Assembly: GCA_963699775.1 (NCBI GenBank)
Contig: CAVOVE010000003.1
Span: 1,975-65,974 of the forward strand
Source: an uncultured Candidatus Rokubacteria bacterium
Lineage (GTDB): Bacteria > JAUVQV01 > DATDCY01
Reading direction: 5' to 3'
DNA length: 64,000 bases
The notes under the pieces were generated by a model. That model ran no database searches, was not told where the DNA came from, and saw nothing but the letters and a program-made list of their open reading frames with translations. How positions within the stretch are numbered: the first letter of the stretch is position 1; each line of letters begins with the position of its first letter. The translations under genes were made by a program, and so were the position numbers. Shown piece by piece: positions 13,638 through 25,015 of the stretch.

Positions 13638-13866
13638 TCTCTGAAAAAATTGATTGCTGGCGGCAGAATGTTCTATAGATCGACTGATATTGTTCATTAT
13701 TTTGCAACCGGCGATCATTCGGATGACCATGGGGCCTGGGTGCAATCCCTTCTCGTCGACGTTTCTCGTCACCGGACACGACAATTTTCGTCGCTTTCTA
13801 GGATATCTGCAGCAGGATCGGCTTTATCTTGAGCGCCGCTGCGTCTCACGACCAGAATACCGAATT

Positions 13867-14964
13867 TCAGCGGCGAGCCAGCGTGGCGACGAGGGCGCTG
13901 ACTTCGGGATAGACGAGCTGCGCCTGCAGCTCTTCCCCCCGGATGGTTGGATGGATGGCATCCACGAACAACTCCTGCGCGCGCATCCCGGGATACAGAT
14001 CGATCACCGCGGCACCCGACTCCCTGCCGATCTCCCGGATGATCTCGTTGTTGCGCTTGTGCGCGCCAATGACCCCCCGGTAAAACGGCGATTCCACCGT
14101 ATCCCAGGCCGGACTCAGCGGTTGCGTGAACAACACCGCGGCGGCGCCGCTGCCTTTCGCCATCGACACGACGGTCCTGAGGTTTCTTCGGAAATATTTT
14201 CCCGAGGCCTTCGCCGCGTTCTGCAGGGATTCCCTGTCGTCCGGGTGGGGATATTGCATGGCATTCATCAAGTCGCCCGGAAGATACGCGTTGAGTGACA
14301 TCGCCAGATACCCCAGGACTCTCAGGGTATAGCTTTTTCTCATGCCGACCTTCGCGAACCCGGGGAGTTGCCGCACATTCCACGAGAACCTGAAGAAGGT
14401 GTTGTCCCGACCGCCCTCGTCCGGATAGGGCGCTGAAAAAGCATCGTTGACTCCAGCGTTGATCAGAACGATATCCGGCTCCAGATCCGGCACCGTCATC
14501 GCCATGACGCCCATGATCTCGAAGAGGGTGTACCCGGTGACCCCGAGGTTGATGATCTCGACAGCGGGGCCGCCTGCGGAATTCAAGCGTGTCTCAAGAA
14601 ACGCCGGCCAGATGTTCTTCCCGTCCCGGGAGAAGACTCCATAGGTCGTGCTGCCGCCCACGGCGACGATCCGGATGGTCCCCCGCTCCTTCGGCCGTCC
14701 ATTCGGGGGCGCGGAACCCGTGAGGAGTTGTACGGCTTGAAACCATCCGCATACCGGTAGTCCCGGTTGAAGACGTAATTGAAATACGGGTGGGGTCTTG
14801 TAGCGCAGCAACTCCTGCCGCGCGGGGCTGGTCACCCCCAGCAGCGGCTCGAGCATTTCACGGCCTTGCTGCGGGACAACGAAGAAATAATAGAGGCTGG
14901 AAACCACCTCGAGAAAGGCGAGCAGAACGACGATCAGGCTTGCCGAGAACAGCACCCTTTTCAT
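13867..14964 (-). CDS. SGNH/GDSL hydrolase family protein
   Basis: N-terminal TM; VGGSTTYG (block I), NLGVTGY, INAGVND, FVDAIHP. Confidence 0.85.
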   Translation of the reverse strand: MKRVLFSASLIVVLLAFLEVVSSLYYFFVVPQQGREMLEPLLGVTSPARQELLRYKTPPVFQLRLQPGLPVCGWFQAVQLLTGSAPPNGRPKERGTIRIVAVGGSTTYGVFSRDGKNIWPAFLETRLNSAGGPAVEIINLGVTGYTLFEIMGVMAMTVPDLEPDIVLINAGVNDAFSAPYPDEGGRDNTFFRFSWNVRQLPGFAKVGMRKSYTLRVLGYLAMSLNAYLPGDLMNAMQYPHPDDRESLQNAAKASGKYFRRNLRTVVSMAKGSGAAAVLFTQPLSPAWDTVESPFYRGVIGAHKRNNEIIREIGRESGAAVIDLYPGMRAQELFVDAIHPTIRGEELQAQLVYPEVSALVATLARR

Positions 14965-14976
14965 GGAGAAAACCGC

Positions 14977-17206
14977 TCAGATCTTCACGATCGTGCCGAT
15001 GCCCTTGAGCGAAAAGAGCAGTGAGTACTCGTAGGTGTCCGTCCAGTGCACGTAGCCGAGCGTCACGTCCCAGCACTGCGAGGCGTACTTGAGGCCGATC
15101 CGGTTTTCGACAAACAGCTTCTCGGCGAGATTGTAGCGGCTGCGCAACTGGACATCGAAGCGGTCGAGCGAAAAGGTGCCGCCGAGATCGAGGAAGTCCT
15201 GAGTGGAGTCGCGCGTCGTGCGCCAGTCGCCCTGGAGGGCGGCACCGCCCGTCAGGTTCCAGATCAGCGAGAGATTCTGGTACCCGATGCCGTTGCCGTA
15301 GACGTCATAATTTCCCCGCCACGTGACCTCCATCCCGGTGAGCGGCTTGGTGCGCGCCTCCCACTCCACGGGCGAGAACGCCTCTTCCGCATCGACCCCC
15401 GCGCCGCCGCCGATCGTGTAGTACTGCGAGAGCTTGACCCAGAGCAACTCCTGCGTCGTGGTCAGCTGCCCCTGGTCCCCGGGTTTCTCGAGCGCCGAAA
15501 GCTCCGGCAGCATGGGTGTCACGAAACTCGCGGTGTCGGCGACCGGCCCTGGCCGAAGCGGCCTTCACTTTGGCGTACAGGGTGTTGCTGAGGCTGTACT
15601 CCATGCGGTTGGCCGGCAAAATCAGGTCGAGGGCGTCGAATTGGGGGATGGTTTGCTGGTCGACGTCCGGTGTGTAGACGTACGAGACGCGCGGTTCGAC
15701 CAGGTGCTTGAGCTTCGTGAACCGCCCGGCCCCGGAAAGGTCCCAGATGCGATAGGAGCGCAGCCCGTCCAGCCCGAGCTTGAAGAAGGGCAGCGCCCGG
15801 GTCTCCTCGACACCCTCGGTGTTCGCGCTGTAGTTGGTCCACGCGTAGCCGGCCGAGGGGATGATGCGGGCGACACCGCCGAGCGAGAGCGGCCAGGTCA
15901 GTTCGGGGGAGACGTGCAGGCGGGTCGTTTCGACCGTGGAGGTGCCGTCGTCGCGTTTGAGGTTCACGCCGTTGGCCGGCAGTTTGAGAAACAAATCGGT
16001 GCCGAAAAGCCGGGTGCTCGTGCGCGCGATCGTCAACTCCGGGAAGCGGGTGAGCGTCGTGCGCTGCTCGGTGATCAGGCTCACGTCGCTGCGGCCGGAG
16101 AGGGCGAAGTTCCAGGCCGACCAGTCGCGGTTGATCATGAACGAGGAGGTGGTGCGCTCGCTCGAGCGCTCCTCGATCGTGTTGCCCCGCGTCGAGATGA
16201 ACTCCTGGTCGCTCTGGTAAGAAGCCCTCGATCTCGGCGTGAAAGCCGAGGGGCAGCTCTTGGGAATTGCGGGTCGCGAGGGCCCAGCTCCGCCCGCCGT
16301 CGGCCCCGAGCTCGCGGAGGTAATAGATTTTGCTGACCCCCTGCGTGCGGGGGGCGAGCAGGTAGCGCATTTCGCCGCCGGCCCCCAAGCCGGTCTTCTG
16401 CAGGTAGTCGACCCCGATGGTGACGTCGAAATTGTCGCCCGGCGCCCAGTAGAACGCGTTGCGGATCGTGAGGCCGTCGACGCCCCCGATGCCGATCCTC
16501 GGGATCAGCAGACCGGTCGATCGCTCGCGCTTGATCGGGAAGACCGCGTAGGGGAAGTACAGCACCGGCACATCCTTGATCCGCAGGGTCGGGTTCCAGG
16601 CGTACAGGTAATCATCGATGGTGACCTCGGTGGACGTGGCGTGAAAGCTCCAGTCGGGCAACACCCCTTCGCAGGTGGTGAACGTGCCGCCGCGGAAATA
16701 ATAGTGGTCGGGGCCGAGCTTCTCGATGCGTTCGCCCTTGAAGTAGTAGGTCTGGACGAAGCCCTGCGCCTGCTCCAGAAAGCCGACGCGGGTCTCGAGA
16801 TTCAGCTCGAGGTGCTCGCCCTGGAGCCGGTCCGGGCCGCTGTCGAGCACGACGTTGCCGTCCGCGATGACACCCTTGGTCAGCTCGTTGTAGACCACGC
16901 GATCGGCGACCAGGCGCATGTCGCGGTGGCGTATCGTGACGGCGCCCTCGCCGATCACGACTCGCTCCTGGTTGCTGCGCTCGAGGTGCTCGGCCGAGAC
17001 GAGGACCTGGTCGCCCTCGAGGGCGGGCGGGTGCGTGCCGGCGGGTGGCGCGCCGGCGCGGGCGTTCGGCGGCGCGAGGCGGTCCGGCGCGCGGGCCGGC
17101 CGCCGCCGGCGGCGTCGGCACCGTCGCCCGCAGCCGCCCGGGCCACCGACGCCGGCCACAGCGCCAGCGCCAGGAGCAGGGTGATTATCGCGGCGCGGGC
17201 AATCAT
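14977..17206 (-). CDS. lptD: LPS-assembly protein LptD
   Basis: Signal peptide, OstA-like region (ADRVVYNE, FTTCEG..PDW, PVLYFPY, RSTGLLIP), beta-barrel ending YASQCW...FSLKGIG; frameshifted. Confidence 0.88.
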
Positions 17207-17237
17207 CGCAAACCCTTACCACAAAGGGCACGGCCGT

Positions 17238-18531
17238 TCAACATACTTCTGGCGTCGTCCTTCGCAGCTCGAGCACCTCGCCCACGAGGAACAACGAGCC
17301 GGCAACGACCACGAGACCGCGAGGCCCGGCCGAGCGGCTCGCGGCGACCACCGAGGAGATCAGGTCCGCCTGAACGCCGCAGCGCGCGCGCAGGCCCGCG
17401 GGGATGCGCCGCAACAACTCGGCGGGTTCCAGCCCCCGCTCCTCGGGGGGGCGCACCAGGTGCACGGTGGCGGCGCGCGGAAACAGCGCGGCGGCCATCG
17501 CGCCGACACGCTTGTCGCGCAGCGCTCCGAAGACCAGCGCCGTGCGCCTCCTCGGGAAGAGCTCCGCCAGCAGTTCGGCCAGGGCGCGCGCCGAACCGTC
17601 GGTGTGCGACCCGTCGAGCAGGAACGCCGGCCGTCCCGGGCGGTACTCGCAGCGACCCGGCCAGCGGGCGCCGGCGAGCCCGGCGCGAACAGCGGCGCTG
17701 GAGACCACACACGCCCAGGTCGCCCAGACGCTCCGCGGCGAGGACGGCCAATGCCGCGTTGTGCGCCTGGTGACGCCCGAGCAGGCCCAGGCGCAGCCCC
17801 GGGTAGCGGGCCCGGGACGTGACCAGGTCAAGACGCAGCCCCCGCTGGTCGTGCCCGGTGACCGTCCACGAGGCCTCGCGCTCGAGCCAGACCGCGGCGG
17901 CGCCGATCAGGCGCGCCCGCGCCTGCAGCGCGCGCCCGGCCGCGGGACGCACGGCGCCGATCAGGCACGGGACGCCGGGGCGCATGATCCCGGCCTTCTC
18001 GGCGGCGATGGCGCCGAGCCGCGTGCCGAGCAGTTCGACGTGTTCGCGCTCGATCCCGGTGATGACGGAGAGCACCCCGTCGACGGCGTTGACCGCGTCG
18101 AGTCGTCCGCCAAGCCCGATCTCGAGCACCGCGGGGCGCGCGCGCCGGCGCGAAAAATATTCGAGCGCCGCCAAGGTCAGCCACTCGAAGTGCGTCAGCC
18201 GGGCCCGCGGCCCCAGGCGACGGCGCAGATCCCCGATGAGCCGCCCGAAAGCCTGAGCCGTGATCTCGGCGCCCGCCAGCCGGATGCGCTCGCGGATGCT
18301 CACCAGGTGCGGCGAGGTGTACAGACCGGCCGGGTGTCCCGCCGCCAGCAGCATCGCCTCGAGAAACGCGGCGGTGGAACCCTTGCCCTTGGATCCGGCG
18401 ACAATCACCGCGGGGAACGAGCGCTGGGGGTTCCCGAGCCGCGCGAGCGAGCGCTGCATCGGCCCGAGGCCGAACTTCCACCCGAAGCGCTGCTGGTGCT
18501 GCAGGAAGGTTTCCGCGTCGACAAAGCGCAT
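17238..18531 (-). CDS. folC: Bifunctional folylpolyglutamate/dihydrofolate synthase
   Basis: VAGSKGKGST, YTSPHL, EIGLGGRLDAVN, WPGRCE, LDGSHT, AGSLFLVG. Confidence 0.93.
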
Positions 18532-18670
18532 GGCGGCATTCTACGTCGGAGACAACCCTTGCGCCATGAAAACGGCCGCGGCGTGCAAAAAAACGTCGAC
18601 GAACGCGCGTTGACACTCGCGGCGGCACTCTGGTACCGTTTTTCAACTTCAAGCGGGAGTTCAACAGCCT

Positions 18671-19691
18671 ATGGAGCAGACGCCGGGAACACGAATCATC
18701 TTCGATCTGTTCGAGTCCTCCGGCATCGGCCTCGTCGGCCTGGACGCCGACAACACGATCGTGGCCGCCAACCAGAATGTCGGCATCTATCTCGGTATCG
18801 AGCCGGGTGAACTCCTCGGGCACGACGCCTCGATCATGCGCCCCGGGATCCGTTCGACCGAGTTCTGGGCCGCCTTCCCGGCCACGTTCTACTGTCTCGC
18901 CCCGGGTCCGCACAGCCTGCTGCTGATCGTCTCGCGCCGGCTCGGCCCCGAGCACGACCCGGTGCTGCGCCGCGCGATCATCATGCGACCCTACAGCCTG
19001 GAGCGCGAGTTCGGGCGGATGCGGGTCCGTCTCAACAACTATCTCGCGCACGAGGTGGCCTCGCGCCTGAACTCCGTCGGGATCGCCAGTGAATTCATCA
19101 CCGACCCCGAGTTGCGCGAGAGCCTGCGGACGCGCGACGCTTTCATCTCGACCTTCCGCCACGACGTCTCCGACCTGAACACGCTCTTCGTGCAGTTGCT
19201 CGAAACCGCCGAACAGAACGCGATGCCCAACCGCGTGACGCGGTCGCCGGTGGACCTGCGGTCCCTCATCGAGGATCTCGCCGCCAAGATCCGGGGACTG
19301 GCCAGCGAGCGCAGCGTCGGATTGAGCTGTATCCTCCCGCCGCACCTGCCCGCCACCTCGGGCGATTACCACGTGGCTGTACCTGGGCCTGTTCGGGGTG
19401 CTGACCCACGCGCTGCAGGCGGCCCCGGCGCTCACCGAGGTCACCCTCACGGCGAGAGCCGACACCGGTCGGATCGAGACCGCCGTCAGCGTGCGCGGCG
19501 TCGAAGGGGCGGGCGGGTTCCCCTGGCCCCCGCAGGCGCTCTTCCCCCTCGAAGAAGCCCACCCGCGCATCGGTCGCCTGGTCCTTGATGACCTCGCCGT
19601 GGTTCGCGCCATCTTTCTGCTGCACGCCGGGGAGCTGCGCGTCAACCGCCTGTCCGACCGCACCGAGTACCTCGTCACCCTGCCGGCATGA
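18671..19691 (+). CDS. PAS-like plus HisKA plus degenerate HATPase protein
   Basis: GLVGLDADNTIVAAN (PAS-like), LAHEVASRLNS (H-box); ATP-binding boxes eroded; frameshift near 19372. Confidence 0.65.
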
Positions 19692-21195
19692 CCGAAGCCC
19701 CCGAGACCGCCGGGGCGATCGGGTTTCTGACGATGCCCGAACTGTACCGCATCGCGTTCGCGCGCAAGGCGACCGGGCAGCTCGTCGCCTGTCAGGACGA
19801 AACCATCAAGAAGGATCTTTTTCAAGAGCGGCTTCATCCTGTCGGCCACCTCGAACCTGGCGGCCGACCGGCTCGGCGACGTCCTCCTGGCCCGGGGGAA
19901 CATCACCCGCGACCAGTTCGACGAATCCGCGCGCCAGGTTCTCGCCACGGGCCGCAAGCAGGGGACGATCCTGGTGCAGCATCGGCGCCCTGACGCCGAA
20001 GGATCTCTTTCGCGGGCTGATCGCCCAGGTGCGCGGGATTGTCGTCTCGCTCTGCGGCTGGGATCGGGGCGGCTGGCGCTTCATCGAGGGGCTGCCGCCT
20101 CAGGAGGAAATCGTGAGCCTGCGTCTGCACCCGGCGGGCCTGATCTTCGAAGGGCTGGCGCTGATCGCCGCCGACGCCGCGCTGGAAAGGCGTGTGGGAC
20201 CCGCTGCAGCTCGAACTGCATCCCGCCGCCGACTCCCCCTTCGACCTCGAGCGGATCGATGCCCCCGAAACCGCCCGGCGACTGTACTCCCTGGTCGAAC
20301 AGGGGCGTTCGCCCGGGGAGATGGCGCGGCTGATCGGCCGCGATGACGGGGAGACGGCCGCCTTGCTCTACGGGCTCGCCCTGCTCGGGTTGATCGAGGC
20401 GCGACCGCGGCTCGCAGCGCAACCGCCGGCTCCAGCAGGAAAGACGGCGACGGTGCCGACGCCGCGGGAGGACGCAGAGACCCGCTCACTGCGCGAGAAG
20501 ATTTCTACGCAGCTGGCGCGGATCGCGTCGCTTTCGTTCTACCAGATCCTCGGGGTGACTCCGGATTCGGACCCGGACACGATCAAGCGCTCGTACCTTG
20601 CGATCGCGAAGGAGTACCATCCCGACCGCTTCTTCGGCCCCGAGTTTGCCGACCTCCAGGAGGCGGCACACGCGATCTTCATGCACGTCAACGAGGCCTA
20701 CGCCACACTTCACGACCCCACGGCGCGCGCCGCGTACGACCGCGAAGCGTTGCGGCTGACGACTCCGGCGGCGCGGAGAGTCGGCCCCGCCCGAGGATTC
20801 CCACCTGGCCAGGGAGCAGTTCACCAAGGGGCTCGCCCGCTCAACGCGGGAGACCTGTGGTCGGCGATCCAGGCGCTGCGCTGGGCGACGAACCTCGCCC
20901 CCCTCAATCCGCGCTACCACACCTGGCTCGGCGTGGCCCTGATGCGCACGAAGAAGCGACTGCACGAGGCGGCGGAGCACTGCACAGACCGCGATCGCGC
21001 TGGACAACAACAACGCCCAGTACCACGTGCACCTCGGCCAGGTCTACCGGACGGGACACCTTTTCGACAAGGCCCGACAGCAGTTCGAGACGGCGCTGCG
21101 GCTCGACCCGAAGAATCCGGGAGCGCTCAAGGAAATCCGCGAAATGGAGCGCCCTCCCGAGCCAGGTCTGCTCGGCCGCTTTCTCGGGAAGTAAC
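19688..21195 (+). CDS. DUF4388-like / DnaJ J-domain / TPR protein
   Basis: RKATGQL...SNLAADRLGDVLLARG; FYQILGV...IAKEYHPDRF (HPD); C-terminal TPRs; several indels. Confidence 0.8.
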
Positions 21196-21200
21196 TGCCC

Positions 21201-23141
21201 ATGGCCGCGGGGACTGAGTCGCAGCCGGGGAGAGCCCCAGGATGGCGGGTGCACTCCGGCAGAGGAGCCGTGCTCGCGGCCCTGCTGCTGGCCTGCGGCA
21301 CGATCGCACTTTTCGCGCCCGCAGTCGGCTTCGATTTCGTCGCCTTCGACGACCCGTCGTACGTCAGCGAGAACCCCCACGTTGCCGGGGGTCTGACGCC
21401 GCAGAGCCTGCGCTGGGCCTTTGTCGCCAACGTCGCCGCCAACTGGCACCCCCTGACCTGGGTCTCGCACCTGACCGACGTCACGCTCTTCGGTCTCGAT
21501 CCCGCCGGGCACCACCTGACCAGCATCCTGCTCCACGCCGCCTCGACCGCACTGCTCTTCCTCGTGCTGCGGGAGTTGACCGGCGCGCTGCTGCCGAGCC
21601 TGTTCGCGGCGGCCCTCTTCGCGGCCCACCCCCTGCGGGTCGAGTCCGTGGTCTGGATCTCCGAGCGCAAGGACGTGCTCAGCGTCTTCTTCGGCGTGCT
21701 GACCCTCGGACTGTACACGATCAATGCGCGTCGTCCGAGCTGGAAGCTCCGCGGACTGACACTCCTGTGCTACGCCGCAGGCCTGATGTCCAAGCCGCTG
21801 CTCGTGACCCTGCCGGCGGCGCTGGTGCTCCTGGATTACTGGCCGCTCGCCCGATTCAACGGCAACTATCCGCGCCGGGCCTTCGCCGCCGCCGTCAAGG
21901 AGAAGCTCCCGCTGCTGGCGCTGGCGGTGATCGCCAGTATCGTCACCTGGATCGCCCAGAGCGCCGGGGGTGCGATGCTCACCACCGCAGAGGCACCGCT
22001 GCCCGCGCGACTCGCCGATGTCCCCGCCGCCGCAATCTCGTACATCGGCAAGACGCTGGCACCGATCAACCTCAGCTGCTTCTACCCCGCCCACGAGACG
22101 CCCTGGCCCTGGTGGGCGCTCGCCGGCGCGTGCGTCACGCTCGGCACCATGACGCTGCTCGTGATCCGCGGCCGGGCCCGACGGCCCCATCTTCTCGTCG
22201 GCTGGCTCTGGTTTCTCGGGACCCTCGTGCCGGTGATCGGATTGATCCGGGTCGGCGACCACTTCATCGCCGATCGCTACACCTACCTGCCACATCTCGG
22301 GCTGTTCGCGGCAATCGCCTGGGAAGCGCGCGACATCGTCGTGCGCACCCGGGCGCCGCGGCTGGCCGCCGTGGCCGGGGTGACGCTCCTGACCGTCCTC
22401 GCGCTGCTGACCCGGAAACAGACGGAGGTCTGGAAGGACGGCCTCACGCTGTTCGAGCACGCGGATGCCGTCACGATCGACAACTGGCTCGTGAAAAGTT
22501 ATCTCGGCACGGTCTACCTCAACTCCGGTCGCAACCGCGACGCCGAGTGGGTTTTCGGGAGACGATCCGGATCAGGCCGGAACTCGCCGCGGCGCACGGC
22601 AACCTCGGGCTGGCCCTGCTGCGCCAGGGTCGCTTCGCCGAAGCCGCTGGCGCGGAGGAGCAGGCCCTGCGTCTGCAGCCGGATTTTGCGGAGGCGACCA
22701 ACACCCTCGGCAACGCCCTGGCCGGCCTCGGCCGCTGGGAGCAAGCTGCCGCCGCTTACACCAGCGCCCTCGCGCTGCGCCCCGACTACCCTGAAGCCCA
22801 CATCAACCTCGCCCGCGCGCTCGGACGCGCGAACCGTCACCGCGAAGCCGTCGGAGCACCTTCTGGCCGCGATCGGCCTGAACCCGGGCCTCAGCGTGGC
22901 GCACCTGAGTCTGGGCACGGAATATCTCGCACTCGGCAGGCACGCCGAAGCGCTCGCGGCGGCCCGCGAGGCCTTGTCGCTGGATCCCGGCCGGGCCATC
23001 ATCCATTTCCAGCTCGGTCTGATCTACGCCGCCGCCGGCGACGTGACCGGCGCCCGGCGCGAGCACGAGCTGCTCCTGGGAATGAACACCGGGCTGGCCG
23101 CGCGCCTGCGCCGGGAGATCGATAAGCCCCCCGGCCGGTGA
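21201..23141 (+). CDS. TMTC-like GT-C membrane protein with C-terminal TPRs (paralog 1)
   Basis: FDDPSYVSEN, NWHPLTWVSH, HPLRVESVVWISERKDVL, ADRYTYLP, then TPRs. Confidence 0.85.
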   Translation: MAAGTESQPGRAPGWRVHSGRGAVLAALLLACGTIALFAPAVGFDFVAFDDPSYVSENPHVAGGLTPQSLRWAFVANVAANWHPLTWVSHLTDVTLFGLDPAGHHLTSILLHAASTALLFLVLRELTGALLPSLFAAALFAAHPLRVESVVWISERKDVLSVFFGVLTLGLYTINARRPSWKLRGLTLLCYAAGLMSKPLLVTLPAALVLLDYWPLARFNGNYPRRAFAAAVKEKLPLLALAVIASIVTWIAQSAGGAMLTTAEAPLPARLADVPAAAISYIGKTLAPINLSCFYPAHETPWPWWALAGACVTLGTMTLLVIRGRARRPHLLVGWLWFLGTLVPVIGLIRVGDHFIADRYTYLPHLGLFAAIAWEARDIVVRTRAPRLAAVAGVTLLTVLALLTRKQTEVWKDGLTLFEHADAVTIDNWLVKSYLGTVYLNSGRNRDAEWVFGRRSGSGRNSPRRTATSGWPCCARVASPKPLARRSRPCVCSRILRRRPTPSATPWPASAAGSKLPPLTPAPSRCAPTTLKPTSTSPARSDARTVTAKPSEHLLAAIGLNPGLSVAHLSLGTEYLALGRHAEALAAAREALSLDPGRAIIHFQLGLIYAAAGDVTGARREHELLLGMNTGLAARLRREIDKPPGR

Positions 23142-23164
23142 GGGTGGTGCGGATCTTCCATGCG

Positions 23165-24909
23165 ATGATACCCGGGATGAAGAACAAGAGCGCCCTGGTC
23201 TTGGCGGAACCAAAGCGGGATCCGCGGCGAATCCTGACCGTGCTGATCGTCGCGCTGCTCCTCGCGGCGAATAGTTTCGTGTACCGCGAAGTCGGGGGCT
23301 TCGATTTCGTCAACCTCGACGACCCGGATTACGTCTCCGGGAACCGCATGGTGCAGGGCGGGCTGAGCTGGAGCGGCGGCTGGTGGGCGTTCACCGGATT
23401 CCACGCCGCCAACTGGCATCCCCTGACCTGGCTCTCGCACATGGCCGACGCGAGTCTCTTCGGCAGCGCTGCGGGCGCCCACCACCTGGTGAACCTCGGG
23501 CTGCACGCCGCGAGCACGCTGCTGCTCTTTCAGCTGCTGCGCGCGTTCAGCGGCTCGTTCTGGCGCTGCGCCGCCGTCGCGGCACTCTTCGCCGTACACC
23601 CCGTGCAGGTGGAGTCCGTGGCCTGGGTCGCGGAGCGCAAGACGGTCCTGGCCACGCTGCTGGGGTTGCTGACCCTGCGCGCCTACCTCTGGCACCTCGC
23701 CCGGCCCGCAACGCCGGCCCTTCGCGATCGTGGCGGTTCTGTTTGCCCTCGGGCTGCTCGCGAAGCCGATGCTGGTCGTCCTGCCCCTGATTCTCCTGCT
23801 GCTCGACTGGTGGCCTCTCGGCCGCAGCGGCCGCGGCCGGATCAGCGCCGGGACAGCCCGTTCCCTGATCCTGGAGAAGGCCCCCCTGTTCGCCCTGGCC
23901 TTCCTCTCGGGTCTCGTCACGATCGCGGCGCAATCCCGGCTCGGTGCGGTCGCATCGCTGCAGGTCATTCCCCTTGCCGGTGCGTCTGGGGAACGCCCTG
24001 CTCAGCTGTGTCGCGTACCTGGGCGACCTGTTCCTGCCCCGTGACCTCAGCGCCTTCTACCCGCACCCGGCCGAAAGTCTGCCCTGGGGTCGGGCGGGGC
24101 TGGCCGCCCTCGCGCTGGCCGGCGTCACCTTCATGGCCTGGCGTTCGCGGCGCCGGGCACCCTGGGCCGCGGTCGGGTGGCTGTGGTTTTTGCTCACCCT
24201 GCTCCCGGTGAGCGGAATCATCCAGGTGGGCAGCCAGGCGCGCGCCGACCGCTACCTCTACCTCGCGCTGGTCGGCATCTTCCTGGCTGTCGTCTGGGGC
24301 GCCGCCGACCTCGCCCGGCGACGGCCGCGATCCAGGGCCCCGGTGGCGCTCTCGATCGCGGCGGCCGTCATGCTCCTTGCGCTGGCCGCGCAGCGGCAGG
24401 CCGGGTATTGGCGGAACAGCGGGACATTGTGGGAGCACGCGCTGGCGGTTGACCCGAATTCGGAAACCGCCCTCTACCAGCTGAGCGATCACTACAAGGA
24501 ACTCGGCCGTTTTCAGGACCAGGCCGCTTTGCTCCAGCGGCTGGCGTGGCTCAACCCCCGTCACGAGCGCGCGCTCAACAACCTCGGCATCGCCCGGTAT
24601 CAGCTCGGCGAGAGGCCGGAAGTCCTTTTCGCCGATTACCAGGCGCTCCTGGCTTTGAACCCGAAGAACGCCAAAGCCCTGCAGAACTATGGATATCTGT
24701 TGATCGAAAGCGGCCGCTACGCCGAGGCCATCTCGAAGTTGGAACGGGCCATCGAGATTGCCCCCCGCTCCTGCACGGCGATCAACAACCTCGGCCGCGC
24801 GCACCTGGGTGCAGGCGACAAACCGCAGGCGCGGCAGTTCTTTGAGCGGGCGATCGCCTGCGATCCGGAGCAACAAAAATACCGCACCAATCTCGAATTC
24901 GCCCGGTAA
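23165..24909 (+). CDS. TMTC-like GT-C membrane protein with C-terminal TPRs (paralog 2)
   Basis: LDDPDYVSGN, NWHPLTWLSH, HPVQVESVAWVAERK, ADRYLY, then TPRs; frameshifted. Confidence 0.85.
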
Positions 24910-25015
24910 CCGTCCAGGCTGCGGACCGCAGTTGTCACCCTTCATTGGCGAGGCGAATCGGGCGTCCCTGAGGGAAGATGCGCGAAGACGCGGACAAGCA
25001 TTTTTCAGCGGCCGG

